A DNA stretch of 46,440 bases from Chromera velia (taxonomy: Eukaryota). The position numbers and the translations under genes are program-made. Under the pieces are notes generated by a model, which saw only the letters and a list, made by a program, of their open reading frames with translations, made no database searches and was not told the DNA's origin. Below, piece after piece: positions 1-11,505 of the stretch. The stretch's first letter is position 1; each line of letters begins with the position of its first letter. Location: contig JAHBMJ010000495.1 of assembly GCA_018398765.1 (NCBI GenBank), positions 1-46,440 of the forward strand, in the 5' to 3' direction.

Positions 1-190
1 AAGGAAGGAAGAGAAGGAAGGAAGAGAAGGAAGGAAGAGAAGGAAGGAAGAGAAGGAAGGGGAAGGAAGAGAAGGAAGGAAGAGAAGCAAGGAAGAGAAG
101 GAAGGAAGAGAAGGAAGGAAGAGAAGGAAGGAAGGGAAGGAAGGAAGGAAGGAAGGAAGGGAGGGAGGGAGGGAGGGAGGGAGGGAAGGA
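1..190. repeat. Purine-rich simple repeat, (AAGGAAGGAAGAG)n grading into (GGAA)n/(GGGA)n, intronic
   Basis: Visible tandem 13-mer then 4-mers; lies just inside the minus-strand donor at 220. Confidence 0.9.
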
Positions 191-220
191 ACAGACAAAC
201 AAACAACGAACAAAACTGAC

Positions 221-1751
221 CACGATGGTGTGGAGCTGCTGAGAGCAGATATCGGTGAGTGCCTTGCATCTGTCCTGCTCCTGCACGAAGAACTCTCTCG
301 TCTGTCCGTGCTGCTTCTTCATCTCTTTGAGTCTCTCTACGGCTGTGTCACGGAAGGCCTTTGCCTCCTCGAGACGTTTCTCTGCCTCAATTTCCTTCAC
401 CACCATGTGACGCTCTCTCTCAGCATTTCCCTCCAACCTCTCCACCACGCTCCTCAGTTCTGCCCAGAGCCTTTGACGGTTCTCACCCAGTTCTGTCCGC
501 TGGGCCACCGTCTCCTCCTTGATGTCCTCCCTGATCCTCTGCTCGACCTCCCAGAAGGTTGTCACCTGAAAGAAGATGGATCAAAAAGCGAAAGAAGAAC
601 AAAAAACAGGAGGAAAGAAGAGATGAACTCATGCACTGGTAACAAAGGACAGACAGAAAGGACTCAACGACGGGAGTAGGGTAGAAAAGGAAGCCAATTT
701 ACACGAAAAATACTCAAAAAAATGCAGAAAGGAGGCGGTTTGTCAGGGAAATAGGAAGACAGACGAGGGACAAGCGGCACGGTTTCCTGCCTGCGTCGAT
801 GCTGCAAATTCGTTGTTCATCCTAACTCGTGGGAAGGAAAGACAATCCCATTCCATTTCCCTTCCTTCATTCCCCCCCCTTATCGCTGAGCTGGCTGACC
901 TGTGCCTCCATTGAGAGGAGCTCATCCACCGCCTTCTCCTGTCCATCGGTGACCTCCTCAACCTGTCTGACCAACTCCTTCCCTGCCCTATCCACCAACT
1001 TGCTGTCCTCAATCAGACTCTTCAAATCCCCCCTCTTCAACACACGTGCCTTCTCATTAACACCAAAAGCCAAACGAGTGACCAGTTGGTAGACAAGGTC
1101 GAGTCTCTGGATTCGAGTCTCGAGGGCTTTCTTCCCCCCACTGGCAATCTCAGCTTTCTTCTTTCTCAAGTCCTCTGTGACTGTCCTTTTCCGCTCACTT
1201 GAGGATTTGGTCAGTCCCTCAGGCTCGAGGCTGGCGGCAATCTCGAGAGCGTCTTCGATCACTTCAATAACAGTCCTGTCTCCGCCCTCGAGAGGAGTGG
1301 ACAGCCACTGATCGATCAGCTCGGAATGTCCCGCGTCGAACAACTTCATCAGGTCTTCCACCGTCTTCCGCAATTCAAGCGGGAAGAGGCGTCCGACCCA
1401 TGATTTTAGCTCGGCCTGGGAGAGGGATTCGAGATCCTCTTCGGAACACTCCTCGTGTTTCGCAATAAAGCGAATGAAAAGTGAAGTGAGGTTCTTGTGC
1501 TCCTCACCCTTGAAATCCATCAACTGAAGGGCGTTGGTGAGATCAAAGATGGGAACGTCAAAGTTCAGTTTCGGCTTTGCGTCCTCAGGAAGGCCTTCAT
1601 CCTTCACTTCGTGATTCCAGCGCTCGTTAATAACAGCAAGAAGAGGAATGAGTTTGTTGTTTAGCTGAGCAAGGAGCTCGTCTTTCACAATGCGCTCGTG
1701 CTCATTTGTGTAAACAGTCGCCTCTTTGGGAAGAATGTTACTCTCCACCAT
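221..1751 (-). CDS. Coiled-coil-rich hypothetical protein, 3' end beyond the window start; exons 1751-900 and 565-221
   Basis: ORF MVESNILPKE... has a phase-0 donor CAG|GTCAGC at 900 and an acceptor TTTCAG at 566. Exon 2 reads open in phase 0 (VTTFWEVEQRIREDIKEE...QQLHTIV) and ends at a GTCAGT donor at 221. E/K/R/L-rich helical composition. Confidence 0.8.
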
Positions 1752-2883
1752 TTTGAATTGAAACCCAGCAATGCAGCAGTGTCAAACTGAAAAAAGAGGG
1801 TCGAAGAACAACGACCGAGCTTCAAAAAAGAAGACTCACACGAAGAGACGCCAGCTCTTTTCTTCCAAGGAAATTTTCCGTAAGAAGGCCACCAAAATGC
1901 AAAGTGAACGACTCAACCTTGAACAAGCAGGTCTCACAGAGGACTTCAGATGCTGTAGACAAACAACTCAAACAGGTGGAACTTGGCAGGTGAAGGAAAC
2001 TGAAACAAAGAGTGGAAAGACAGACTGACTGCTGCAGCTGGGAGAATGAAGTGGGACCGCGAAGCTAGCCTGGCTCGATAAGGCTCGGCCTCTTACATTA
2101 GGGGCCCCAGGAAAAGTTGCATCTCAGTTTGCTGGTGAATTCAGGATGTGTTCAGGTTTTTGCGTTGATTTGTCCATCCTTGGAACTCAAATACGGACAA
2201 TAATTTTGTACAAACGCTTGCGGCGCCGCCGCACAAAGGTTTAATTTGCGCGGCGGCGCGCAGTTTTCCAATTAATTAAGTTTGTGCACTGTGCGCCGCC
2301 GCACGTGCGGCCATGCACACCGATACACGCGGACGCCTTCCCCATGCAGAGTCAGTCATAGCTGCGACATTATATAATTGTTGCATATGATCTACACATG
2401 CAACATGTCTGACAGACTTGAGGACATTGCATGAGGCTGTACGTTCTCCTGCCGTATGTATTCGAACACTGTCAGGAACACTCGGTGGAACCAGTGAGCT
2501 GGCCCTGTCCGGTACTCTGTCCTGATGGTGCATGTGACTGCGCGCATCTAACACACGACTGCATGAGAGCTCTGCGGTCTGCATGCCCGGAGATTCTTCG
2601 TGCGATCGGCTGACCGCCATTGACCGCCTTGTGCTGGCCGCATAGCCCCAACCTGTATTCGGAAACTTCCCCAGGAAAGTGAGGCAGACCATTACACCCA
2701 CAGGTTGAGCTTTCAGCTGTTTCTTTCTGCAATCAACCCTGCCAGCAAACCTTTCTGTTTGTGTCTGAAACGAAAGATGTGAAGCTCTTCAAGCTGCAGA
2801 CTCTGTACAGAGATAGACCGCAAAGGATCAAAAGCTCAAACGCCATTGACGAAGAGTTGTGAAAGAGAAGGACAGAGGACTGC

Positions 2884-3609
2884 ATGCACAGAATTCTGCT
2901 GTTCGGGGTCCTCTCCCCATGCAGCCTCTGTCTTGCAACTTCAACCTCCCGCCAGGACCCCAACTCCCTCTCGAACCTCTGGGACAGGGACTATCCCCAC
3001 ATCCTTGTGGGCACAGACCCGGCATTGCAGACCAGTGCCAGGCAGTATCTGCAAGAGGGCGCCCCGCCTGTCAGCTCCCACGACCCTCTCCTGTGTGTTC
3101 GAGAAGGGGGATTGTGTCACAAGGAGGTGAAGGATGTGTTTGACAAGTACGCTTCCAACGAGAAGGCTAAAAGCCGTGCAGCCTGCCGGGTCGAGTCTCT
3201 CTCGGAGGTTGATTTCCGAGACTCAAACATCGACAATGAGGTCATAGAAGCGTGCACGCAGGACACGGGGACGGAGACAGTTATCATTCGGTCAAGAATC
3301 ACTTTGTCAGATGATGCAGTGCAAAGACGTAAGGACATCTTCAAGGAACAATTTGCAAAATTAGAAGCGGATGAAGACGGGGGAGGCGGGGGGAGTGTGG
3401 AAGACCAGTCAGAACAGCAAATGGAGGACGTCCTAAGAACCCTACCCGTGCCGAAGACAGATCTCCTGCCCCCCCCAATGCAGTACATTCGTCGAGTGGC
3501 GCTTCAGGGAAGTAAGAATTCATTGCACAACAGGAGGAAGCTAGACTGCAAAGTCATGGGAGACTTTGCAAGAGAATACCTCATTTCGTCCTTCTGTCTT
3601 GACTACTGA
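2884..3609 (+). CDS. Hypothetical 241-aa single-exon protein with a possible N-terminal signal peptide
   Basis: Uninterrupted ORF with protein-like composition and a hydrophobic N-terminus (MHRILLFGVLSPCSLCLA). No family recognised. Confidence 0.6.
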   Translation: MHRILLFGVLSPCSLCLATSTSRQDPNSLSNLWDRDYPHILVGTDPALQTSARQYLQEGAPPVSSHDPLLCVREGGLCHKEVKDVFDKYASNEKAKSRAACRVESLSEVDFRDSNIDNEVIEACTQDTGTETVIIRSRITLSDDAVQRRKDIFKEQFAKLEADEDGGGGGSVEDQSEQQMEDVLRTLPVPKTDLLPPPMQYIRRVALQGSKNSLHNRRKLDCKVMGDFAREYLISSFCLDY

Positions 3610-3723
3610 GAATGAGAATGGAATTTGAAGTGAATATAAGCAAGCAAGCCTCAGGGCTTTGTGTTGACTTTGCAACTATTTCGGTAACCGTGTAGTCCTT
3701 CACGTCTTCAACACACGATGCAT

Positions 3724-3875
3724 AAATGAATGAATGAGTGAGTGAATGTGGGAGTGAATGGATGAATGGATGAAATTCAATGAATAAATCAACCTAATTC
3801 GAATTAGTCAGTCGGTAGGCGAGTGAGTGAGTGAGCGAGTGGGTGGGTGAGTGAGTGAGTGAGTGAGTGAGAGAG
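3724..3875. repeat. (TGAA)n/(GAGT)n microsatellite tract
   Basis: Visible degenerate tetranucleotide repeats. Confidence 0.8.
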
Positions 3876-4852
3876 CAAACGAACGATGAAGGCAGTTGAG
3901 CCGAGCTCCTGGCAGCCCGTGTTTATGCAAGGCTTCTGCAAAATATGAGAATCTTCTTAGCGATTTTCCCGTTCAAACGGTTCTTAATTAACAGATTGCC
4001 TACATCTAAATTTCTAAAATATGATCTCCCTGCAACGGTAACGCTCAGAATGTGGAAGCCGAGCAATTTCATTACCAAGTTTATGATTTCGTTTAAATCT
4101 TTTAAACTTAAGTCAATTTCAAGGTTTCAAAATAGTTTGTTTAATTTACAGTCAAATTTGTAGACTATAAGTATTAAATGTAATTTATTTTGTACAATTC
4201 TAAACACTGCAGTATAATCATTGATCAAGATAGGATATGATAGGATAAGATTAATGTTCCAGGATGTTCTAGGTTGTCCCGCAGTCCACTGCTGGGCTTC
4301 CACTTACACCATCGATAGATCACGGTCGTTCAGATACTTGCATGCAGATTGAGCATTTTAAATCATATATATCTCAGGCTGTTATTACTACTATGAACTT
4401 AAAGTATAGTTTAGGCTAAAACTTAGGCTGCATACAGTATTTAATACTATATTCAGCTTTAGATTCAAAGTTTGAAAATACGCCCTAATTAACTAGCATA
4501 CTATAGTAGCGCACGCGGTAAAAAAATATATATTTCATATCATAATAAGTTTATGCAAACTAAAACGAAGACTAAATTTTCAGAAGTTTACATTCATTAA
4601 CAAATTAACAATTGTGACTTGACTTCAAGTTCAACTCTATAGCTTGAAACCACACAGCAAGCGTGGCAATGCGTAGAGCATCTCTTAGTCTGTGCTGCGC
4701 AATTATATGCAATTATGACGCCTTTGTGCTGTTGAACTTGAAGACAAAAAGACGCTGCCAGTAGTAGGCAGTGGTCAACTCACCGTGCTTTCCCCGACAT
4801 ACAAACACCATGAAGTATGCACGCTGAATTAGAGACACGATTCGATCCCCTG

Positions 4853-5146
4853 CTAGGAAGCACACGTGAGGCACTTTGTCATAGGATACCCGTCAACCGC
4901 GCACCCCGTGGTTTCGTCAAAGGAGATGTCTGAGCACGCCTTCTTGGTGACGAGCTTCTTTGGGACGAGAGTCTTTAGGAGACGGCAGAAGTCGGGAGAC
5001 TCCAGGGCTGCCTGCCCCGAGGGGAACTTCAGGTGCCTCACAGCGGAAGCCACTGCAGAGACCTCAGGATCCTCTTTACAGGTCTTCCCGTGGTGGAACC
5101 CGAAGTACCTGCATGAGTAAAGGTTGAATTAAGGGGTCGTGTGTGC

Positions 5147-5203
<57 letters not shown>

Positions 5204-6228
5204 CTGTGTCCTTGTCTGTGTCTGTGCATTCATGTATGATTGAAAGCTCTATGAAAGGTGACTCAGAGTCTGAAAGGCACACATGGTTTTCCAGGGTAAA
5301 AATTGAGGCATCTACAAATTGAGTTTTCTGTATTCACAGATGTCTCAGTGGATAACAAGCGGATAGAAGCATACTCATAGAACATGTGTTTGTTGTCTTT
5401 GATTGTTCAAAACTGACACACACGAAAAAGACGAATGCGGTAATATGTAAACGGAGACAGGCATGGCATTCATTCTTGGGCTTATTCATTCATTCAACCA
5501 CCTATCCATTCATTACGCCATTCATTCATGGCCTCACTAATTCATTTATTGATTCATTTGAACTCAGAAGCTGCACCTTTGAAAGAATCAAGGCACTCAC
5601 CTATAGAGTGTGATGACGTGCGTGAGGGAGCTCAGAGACATCTGACCCCCCAAGTCATGATCGCACGTGTACGTCTCCACTCTCCGCATCATCTCCGCCC
5701 CAAATCCCTTCTGGGCACAGATCACATCGACGTACACACCCTCCTTTGTATGCTGCAACACTGCAAATGCCTTCAGCCCGTTCCTCTTCAACCTCAACCT
5801 CAAGGCCGCTGACTTTGCCTCTAAGCTCCCCGTCCCCTCATAAAGCATCAAAATCGCGTCTGCGTTCTCCATTGCCTCGTCGGACAAGTATTGGGCAGAC
5901 ACCAGACCCCGGCACACGCCCCCCTCATGCTTCACCTGCCTGGTCACCCTCGCGGTCTGACTCTTCCACGCCTTGTCAGAACCTGCACGCAAGCATGAAC
6001 GGATGCATGGACGTGTACTTGCACGTACATGCGTATATACATGTGACGCGTGTGTGTGTGGGTATGTGTGGGTGTGGGTGGGCGTTTTACTTCTCTCAGG
6101 TGAGTGCTTGTATATGTGCTTGCAGCCATTTGGATGTTTCCCAATCTCGAGGCAAATGGACCGGTGGCTTGTGCGGAAGAAATGATGCGCACGTAAATGG
6201 AAGTGTAGATCAGAGGCTTCAAACACAT

Positions 6229-6268
<40 letters not shown>

Positions 6269-6489
6269 GGCCCGACTGTCGCCGCTGCCCCAGGTATACC
6301 CTGTAAGGGGTTTTGTTGCTTTCATCTCGACTCACTTGAGGCTTTCACCGTCTCCATGAACTTGACCGACGCCATCAGATTTCCCTTTGCCTTCTCCCGG
6401 ACGTCCAAAAACGAAGAGGACAAACCAACTTGCCCTGATCGGCCCCAAACAGGAAAGAGCCCAAACAGAAAGACCAGGCTGCTCAGCAT
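4853..6489 (-). CDS. GNAT-family N-acetyltransferase with N-terminal signal-like peptide, ~263 aa; exons 6489-6336, 5982-5601, 5108-4853
   Basis: Splice phases match (1, then 2). The joined protein has GNAT-like motif A (GVYVDVICAQKGFGAEMM) and motif B (LSSLTHVITLYRYFGF), the latter formed across the exon 2/3 junction. Confidence 0.75.
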
Positions 6490-7416
6490 TCTTTTGATTG
6501 ATGAGTGCCTTTTCAGCTGTGCAGAGAATTTAATGGACAAAAAAATATTTTGAAGGAGACGACCCAGCGAGCAACAGTGTCGACAACAGTATGTATTTTT
6601 GTCAAATCAAAAACGGAGTGGCACAGTTTTTCTGTAAGATTACACTTCAACAGGTTGAAGGGTTTTGTAAAATATGAATCGGCCTGGGGTATATACTGGA
6701 GCCCGAACATCAAGTGCAACTCAAACACCAATTCTTCCAATGGATGTTGCCGATCCATGCAATATCGTTGCATGCGAGTTCGTGCATCTATATATATAGC
6801 TGCATGCAAAAAGGTTCGAAAATTCAAAAGGAAAAAAAAAATCAGTATGAAAAAAAAATCTGTATCTAAAAAAATAGTCTGTATGCATGGGATTCAATGA
6901 ACTGTTAATTGCATGCACACAGCACTTAATTCATAAAGTCGTCGTATATATGTATAAGTCGATCACTTAATATATAATGGTACGTGTATATCCAGCACTG
7001 TCTTCGATGAAAGCTCGATCTGGAGCATGAAAAGTACTCTTAGCAATTGCGCAAGAACAAAAAGGTCGGCTTCTGTGCATGCAGTTGTGTGCCATGATTT
7101 ATATAGTGAACTCTGACGACCGTCTCTTCTTTTCTCGGAGTGTCAGACAGAGACGGAGTGGCCGTCTACATGTATATATCCCGACGCGTCTGTGTAGACG
7201 GCCGAGAAGTCCTCAGTGAAAGGTTCTGGCGTGTGATCCTACTCCTTTCTCTGTTACTGACACAAGAGCCTGGCATGAACGCGAGTTAATTGTAAAGAAG
7301 GAGGACTTGCCGCAAGACTCCTATGTGTGCGTTTGTGTAAGGTAGAATTTGCCCGTCAACACATATAAGTACATGTTACGACCGACGACGCTGATACTGG
7401 CCTAAGCTCGTACATA

Positions 7417-8321
7417 ATGGCTCGCCTTCGGATAATACTGAAATTTGTCACAAGCGCCATCCTCACCGCTGCGTGCGCAAATCTGATCGGAAGAAAAGTC
7501 AGTTCCCTTATTCATTTATATATATACCTGCTTGAACTTTCTACCGTCTCCTTCTTCCTCCCGCGAGATGCAGCTCCTCTTCCTCTCTCAAAATCCCCGT
7601 ACAGAAAGCTTTCGGCTTTTGTGCCCCTGCTCTTCTGCTGTGCTGTTCTTTGTCTGACTTGCGGCATCTCTTGAATCTTCCCGGAAGCCTTGCGTGTGCA
7701 TGCAATTCTCGTGACGTCTGGTACATTACTCCTTTTCTGTGGGCTGTCCCACTTGCCAGACCACCTCACCAGGTTCGTGGTCACGTGTGAGCTCATGCCT
7801 ACTTTTTCACCAAGCTGCGCTCATTCCTGCATTCCTTTACCTCATCATCTCTTCGTCTCTTCATCCATCCATTCACTCATTCATTCATTCATTCACTCAT
7901 TCATTCATTCATTCATTCGTTCGTTCATTCATTCATTCATTCATTCATTTCTTCTTCATTGCATCACTGGTCTGCTCCTACTCTTCCTTTCGGCCGTCTG
8001 TGTCACTTGTCACGCGTGGATCTATTTGCATGCGTGTAAGATCCGACCCTGCGTCCTTTGAACATTGCAGAGTCCAGGCCCATTCTTCATGCACCGGAAT
8101 TCCAATCACCCTGGTCGGTGGAAGGGGGGGGGGGCGGGATGAGGAGTTGACGCGCAAGATGAAACGTTTGATGTGACAGTAATACGATGGCTGTGACACA
8201 CGCACCCTTTTTTCGTTTCGTTTTGCCAGACATACATATGACCGAAAATTCTCAACCAACCTGGAGACAGGGGCTCTGCATGGTATTTGTTAAAGAAGAC
8301 ATGCAGAGGGGAATCAATCAG

Positions 8322-8360
<39 letters not shown>

Positions 8361-10689
8361 GGCTGTCTCTGCTGGTCGTGTATGGGACAGCGACTTGAGA
8401 TAAAGACGTGCATTCACAAGGATGGATGCGTGTACATAGTGCTGCATGCCGAGCTCCTGTGGTACTGTTGAGTGACTGACTGACTGACTGACTGACTGAC
8501 TGACTGGCTGACTGACTGACTGACTGACTGACTGACTGGCTGGTTGGCTGACTGGCTGGCTGGCTGGCTGACTGGCTGGCTGGCTGGCTGACTGACTGAC
8601 TGACTGACTGACTGACTGGTTGGCTGACTGACTGACTGACTGACTGACTGACTGACTGGCTGACTGACTGGCTGACTGGCTGGCTGAATGAATGAATAAA
8701 TGATTGAATGAATGAATGAATGAATGAATGAATGAATGTCTGACTGAATGTATAAATGTATGAATGAATGAATGAGTGAGTGAGTGAGTGAGTGAGTGAA
8801 TGAATGAATGAATGAATGAGTGAGTGAGTGAATGAATGAATGAATGAATGAATGAATGGATGAATGAATGAATGAATGAATGAATGCACAAATACAGACG
8901 TCGGTGCCCCTCTCGAGGACCTGTCCCCCTTTGGTGTGGCACCTCGACAGACACAGGCACCATCGCCGATCCAACAGAAACTTGGCAATGGATTTCTATC
9001 CCGTTCCTCTTTTTCACTATCGCCTGACTGGGACGGTACAGCTTTCGTGGAGACCTCCGCCGTCTCTTCCGAAACTCTTTCGAGATTTTCCGCTTCTACT
9101 TCTTCTTCCATTTCCTCCTCTTCCTCTTCTCCGGGGGAGACGGGGGACACTAGACATTGCGTTGAACCAGTACTGAACCTAGTGGAGGGTCTCTGGATGT
9201 CCACCGGGAAGGAGAAGGGGGGAGAAGTGATGACCCTAACGGTGTTTGGACAGGGCGACGGAGATGATGAGAACATCAGAGGACCGAGAGTTGTCGGCTG
9301 GGGGGACCCTTTCTACGGCAGTGCGTTGTTTGTGGAACCTGAAGAGGGGAGGGGGACGCATATAGGGGGACTAGAATTGCANACGGTGTTAACACGACGG
9401 TGGGGGGCGATTTGGACCTTGGTGGAGGAGACGGCTGGATCAGGTTTGACGACAAGTGAGTGATGAGAATTAAGGGGCCCTGATCTTTTTTGTGTGTGAA
9501 CTGTCTGACTTCACTTCTGTCACGTGCTCAGACTTCCTTCACCCGGCGTTCCCATTTGACTTGAAAGCATTTGACTGTTGCTGTTTTTCTTGCAGTCTCC
9601 CTTTCCTGCTTTCTTTCTTTCTTGTGTGTGCTGTTTTGTTTCTTTGTTTGCCTGTGGCTGTCCAGCTCTGTTCTTGCATTTACTCTCTCGAAATAGCATG
9701 TCTGTCTGTTTGGTCACGGGCAACTTTCTCAGTGAATTCTCCTTTTCGCCCCCTTTCCTTCAAGCGTAGTCTGGTCTGTCTCTCTCTCAATTGATTTTCT
9801 GGTTGCTCATATGAATGATCGATGCAGCCACTTTCTTGTGTCTGTGTCGGACTGCACTCCGCTGATGCTGTCTGAGACTGACGTCCGAGAGGCGAGGATG
9901 AGCCTCGGGTTTCTTGTGCAAATAGACGCTGTCAGGGAAGGGGAAGCGTCAGTCAGCCTGGCTGGCAGTCTCAACAGAAAAAAAGAAAGAGAAACACACA
10001 CACACACACACACACACATACAGAGAGAGAGAGAGAGGGAGGGAGGGGGGGAATTGTGGGAAACACAGACGCAAATGCCCAAGTATGGTTTGGATACCAT
10101 TGTACCCACAAACGCATGTGTTTGTGCACAGTTCCACAAAGAAATGCCTGCCTGTTTGAACAGACCCACTTCAGGGTCTGCTTTTTCGACTTCCAGTAAG
10201 ACTCTTAAGATTTTTCTTCAGACAGACATATTGAGTCTTTCTGTCTGTGTTTCTCGATCCCTCTATGTACCTCAAAGAAGAAAACAGGAAACAACATAAA
10301 AACTCGATCCACTGCATGTCTGCATGTGTCTCTTTGAGCACCTCATTCTGTCTGCAAATTTCTTTGCCTGTTTGGTTACGTGTGATTGGTGTAGCGTGTG
10401 GGTGTGCATGACTACACATCGGAGCGGATGCATGCATGCAGGCACATTTTGTTCGACAACGGAGCCGGGTTCCAAGTGGGCGTTGTACGAAAATCCAGAG
10501 GGCGTATGGACTTCGGAGTCCTCCCTTCCGATGGGGGCGGAGGGGTTATGGCAGGTCAGTTGGAGTTCTTTCTGATTTGTCTCATGGTGTACAATTGAGT
10601 TTATCTTTTCGGAACGAACATTTGAATCTTGTTCAGATACAACTCGCCCTTTTTTTTATGGCCCTCCCATACCACAAGTGCCTCCGTAG
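7417..10689 (+). CDS. Multi-exon hypothetical protein with hydrophobic N-terminus; exons include 7417-7497, 8898-9455, 9828-9947, 10442-10553, 10639-10689; internal 5' exons uncertain
   Basis: ATG exon MARLRIILKFVTSAILTAACANLIGRK ends at a GTCAGT donor. The last four exons join in consistent phase if a frame shift at the N (9382) is allowed, giving ...GDLDLGGGDGWIRFDDNHFLVSVSD...HILFDNGAGFQVG...PQVPP*. Small exons between 7750 and 8290 could not be phased unambiguously. Confidence 0.5.
7860..7950. repeat. (TTCA)n microsatellite, intronic
   Basis: Visible tandem TCAT/TTCA units. Confidence 0.9.
8470..8886. repeat. Compound (GACT/GGCT)n-(GAAT/GAGT)n microsatellite, intronic
   Basis: About 415 bp of tetranucleotide repeats. 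It explains the spurious SQSV/HSFI ORFs. Confidence 0.95.
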
Positions 10690-11387
10690 CTCGCAAAAGT
10701 TAGAAGCCGACTGAGCTACCACGACAGCCATTGCCAGTGCGAATCCCTAAGTGAATGTCAAGAAAAATGTCATTGGGGTCTGTCTACTCATTCAATTTGA
10801 TTTGAAATTTGTCACCCTTTTTCTAGTAGATAATCTTCCTCTGCAGAGACCTGTTTCGGGTTCCCGGCACTTTTCTTCGTCACACTTGAGTCAGTGATTA
10901 GATGGCAGATTGGACACACAAGCAAACTTCAAAGCTACAGTAGGGGGACGCAGAGGATGCCACGAAGGGCGGCGGGGGTTCCGGTACCAGTAGGGGGTGA
11001 TGAGCAATCACCGAATAAAAGTTAATCCGATGGAAAGGGTGGATGGAAAAATGGGTCATTCACTTTTGTGTTCTCGTTTCTTTGGCTATGTTTGTGAGTG
11101 TGTTGGCTGCTTTGTTTCGGTACCACTCCCTATGCCCGTGTCAATTTGGGGACTTCACAGGAAAGGACAAGGAGATGACGGAGGAGTCGGGATCGGCCTT
11201 TGGAAACAAGGGACGCGGTTGAAGTCTCGATATGTGCATTTCGATGAATTCGAGAATAATGAAGGGAAAAGAAAAGGGAATGGAGAAGGAAAGGGGTCGC
11301 TAAACTTGTGGAAGCATCTTGGAGGAATGGGGCAACTCTCACTCGGATGTGATGGGAAAGGAAAGAGGTGCATCGACGGTGAGTGCT

Positions 11388-11460
11388 TTTGTGTGTGTGT
11401 GTGTGTCTGTCGGTCTGTCGGTCTGTCGGTCTGTCGGTCTGTCGGTCTGTCGGTCTGTCG

Positions 11461-11492
<32 letters not shown>

Positions 11493-11505
11493 GTCTGTCT
11501 GTCTG
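11388..11505. repeat. (GT)n + (GTCG/GTCT)n microsatellite
   Basis: Visible tandem units. Confidence 0.9.

Noticed and set aside
4426..4458. 15-bp imperfect hairpin GCTGCATACAGTATT/AATACTATATTCAGC
   Set aside because: Short and AT-rich with two mismatches and no element boundaries; plausible by chance.
8106..9276. Long minus-strand ORFs with SQSV/HSFI repeats (303, 320 and 186 aa)
   Set aside because: They are translations of stop-free tetranucleotide microsatellites, antisense to the plus-strand gene.
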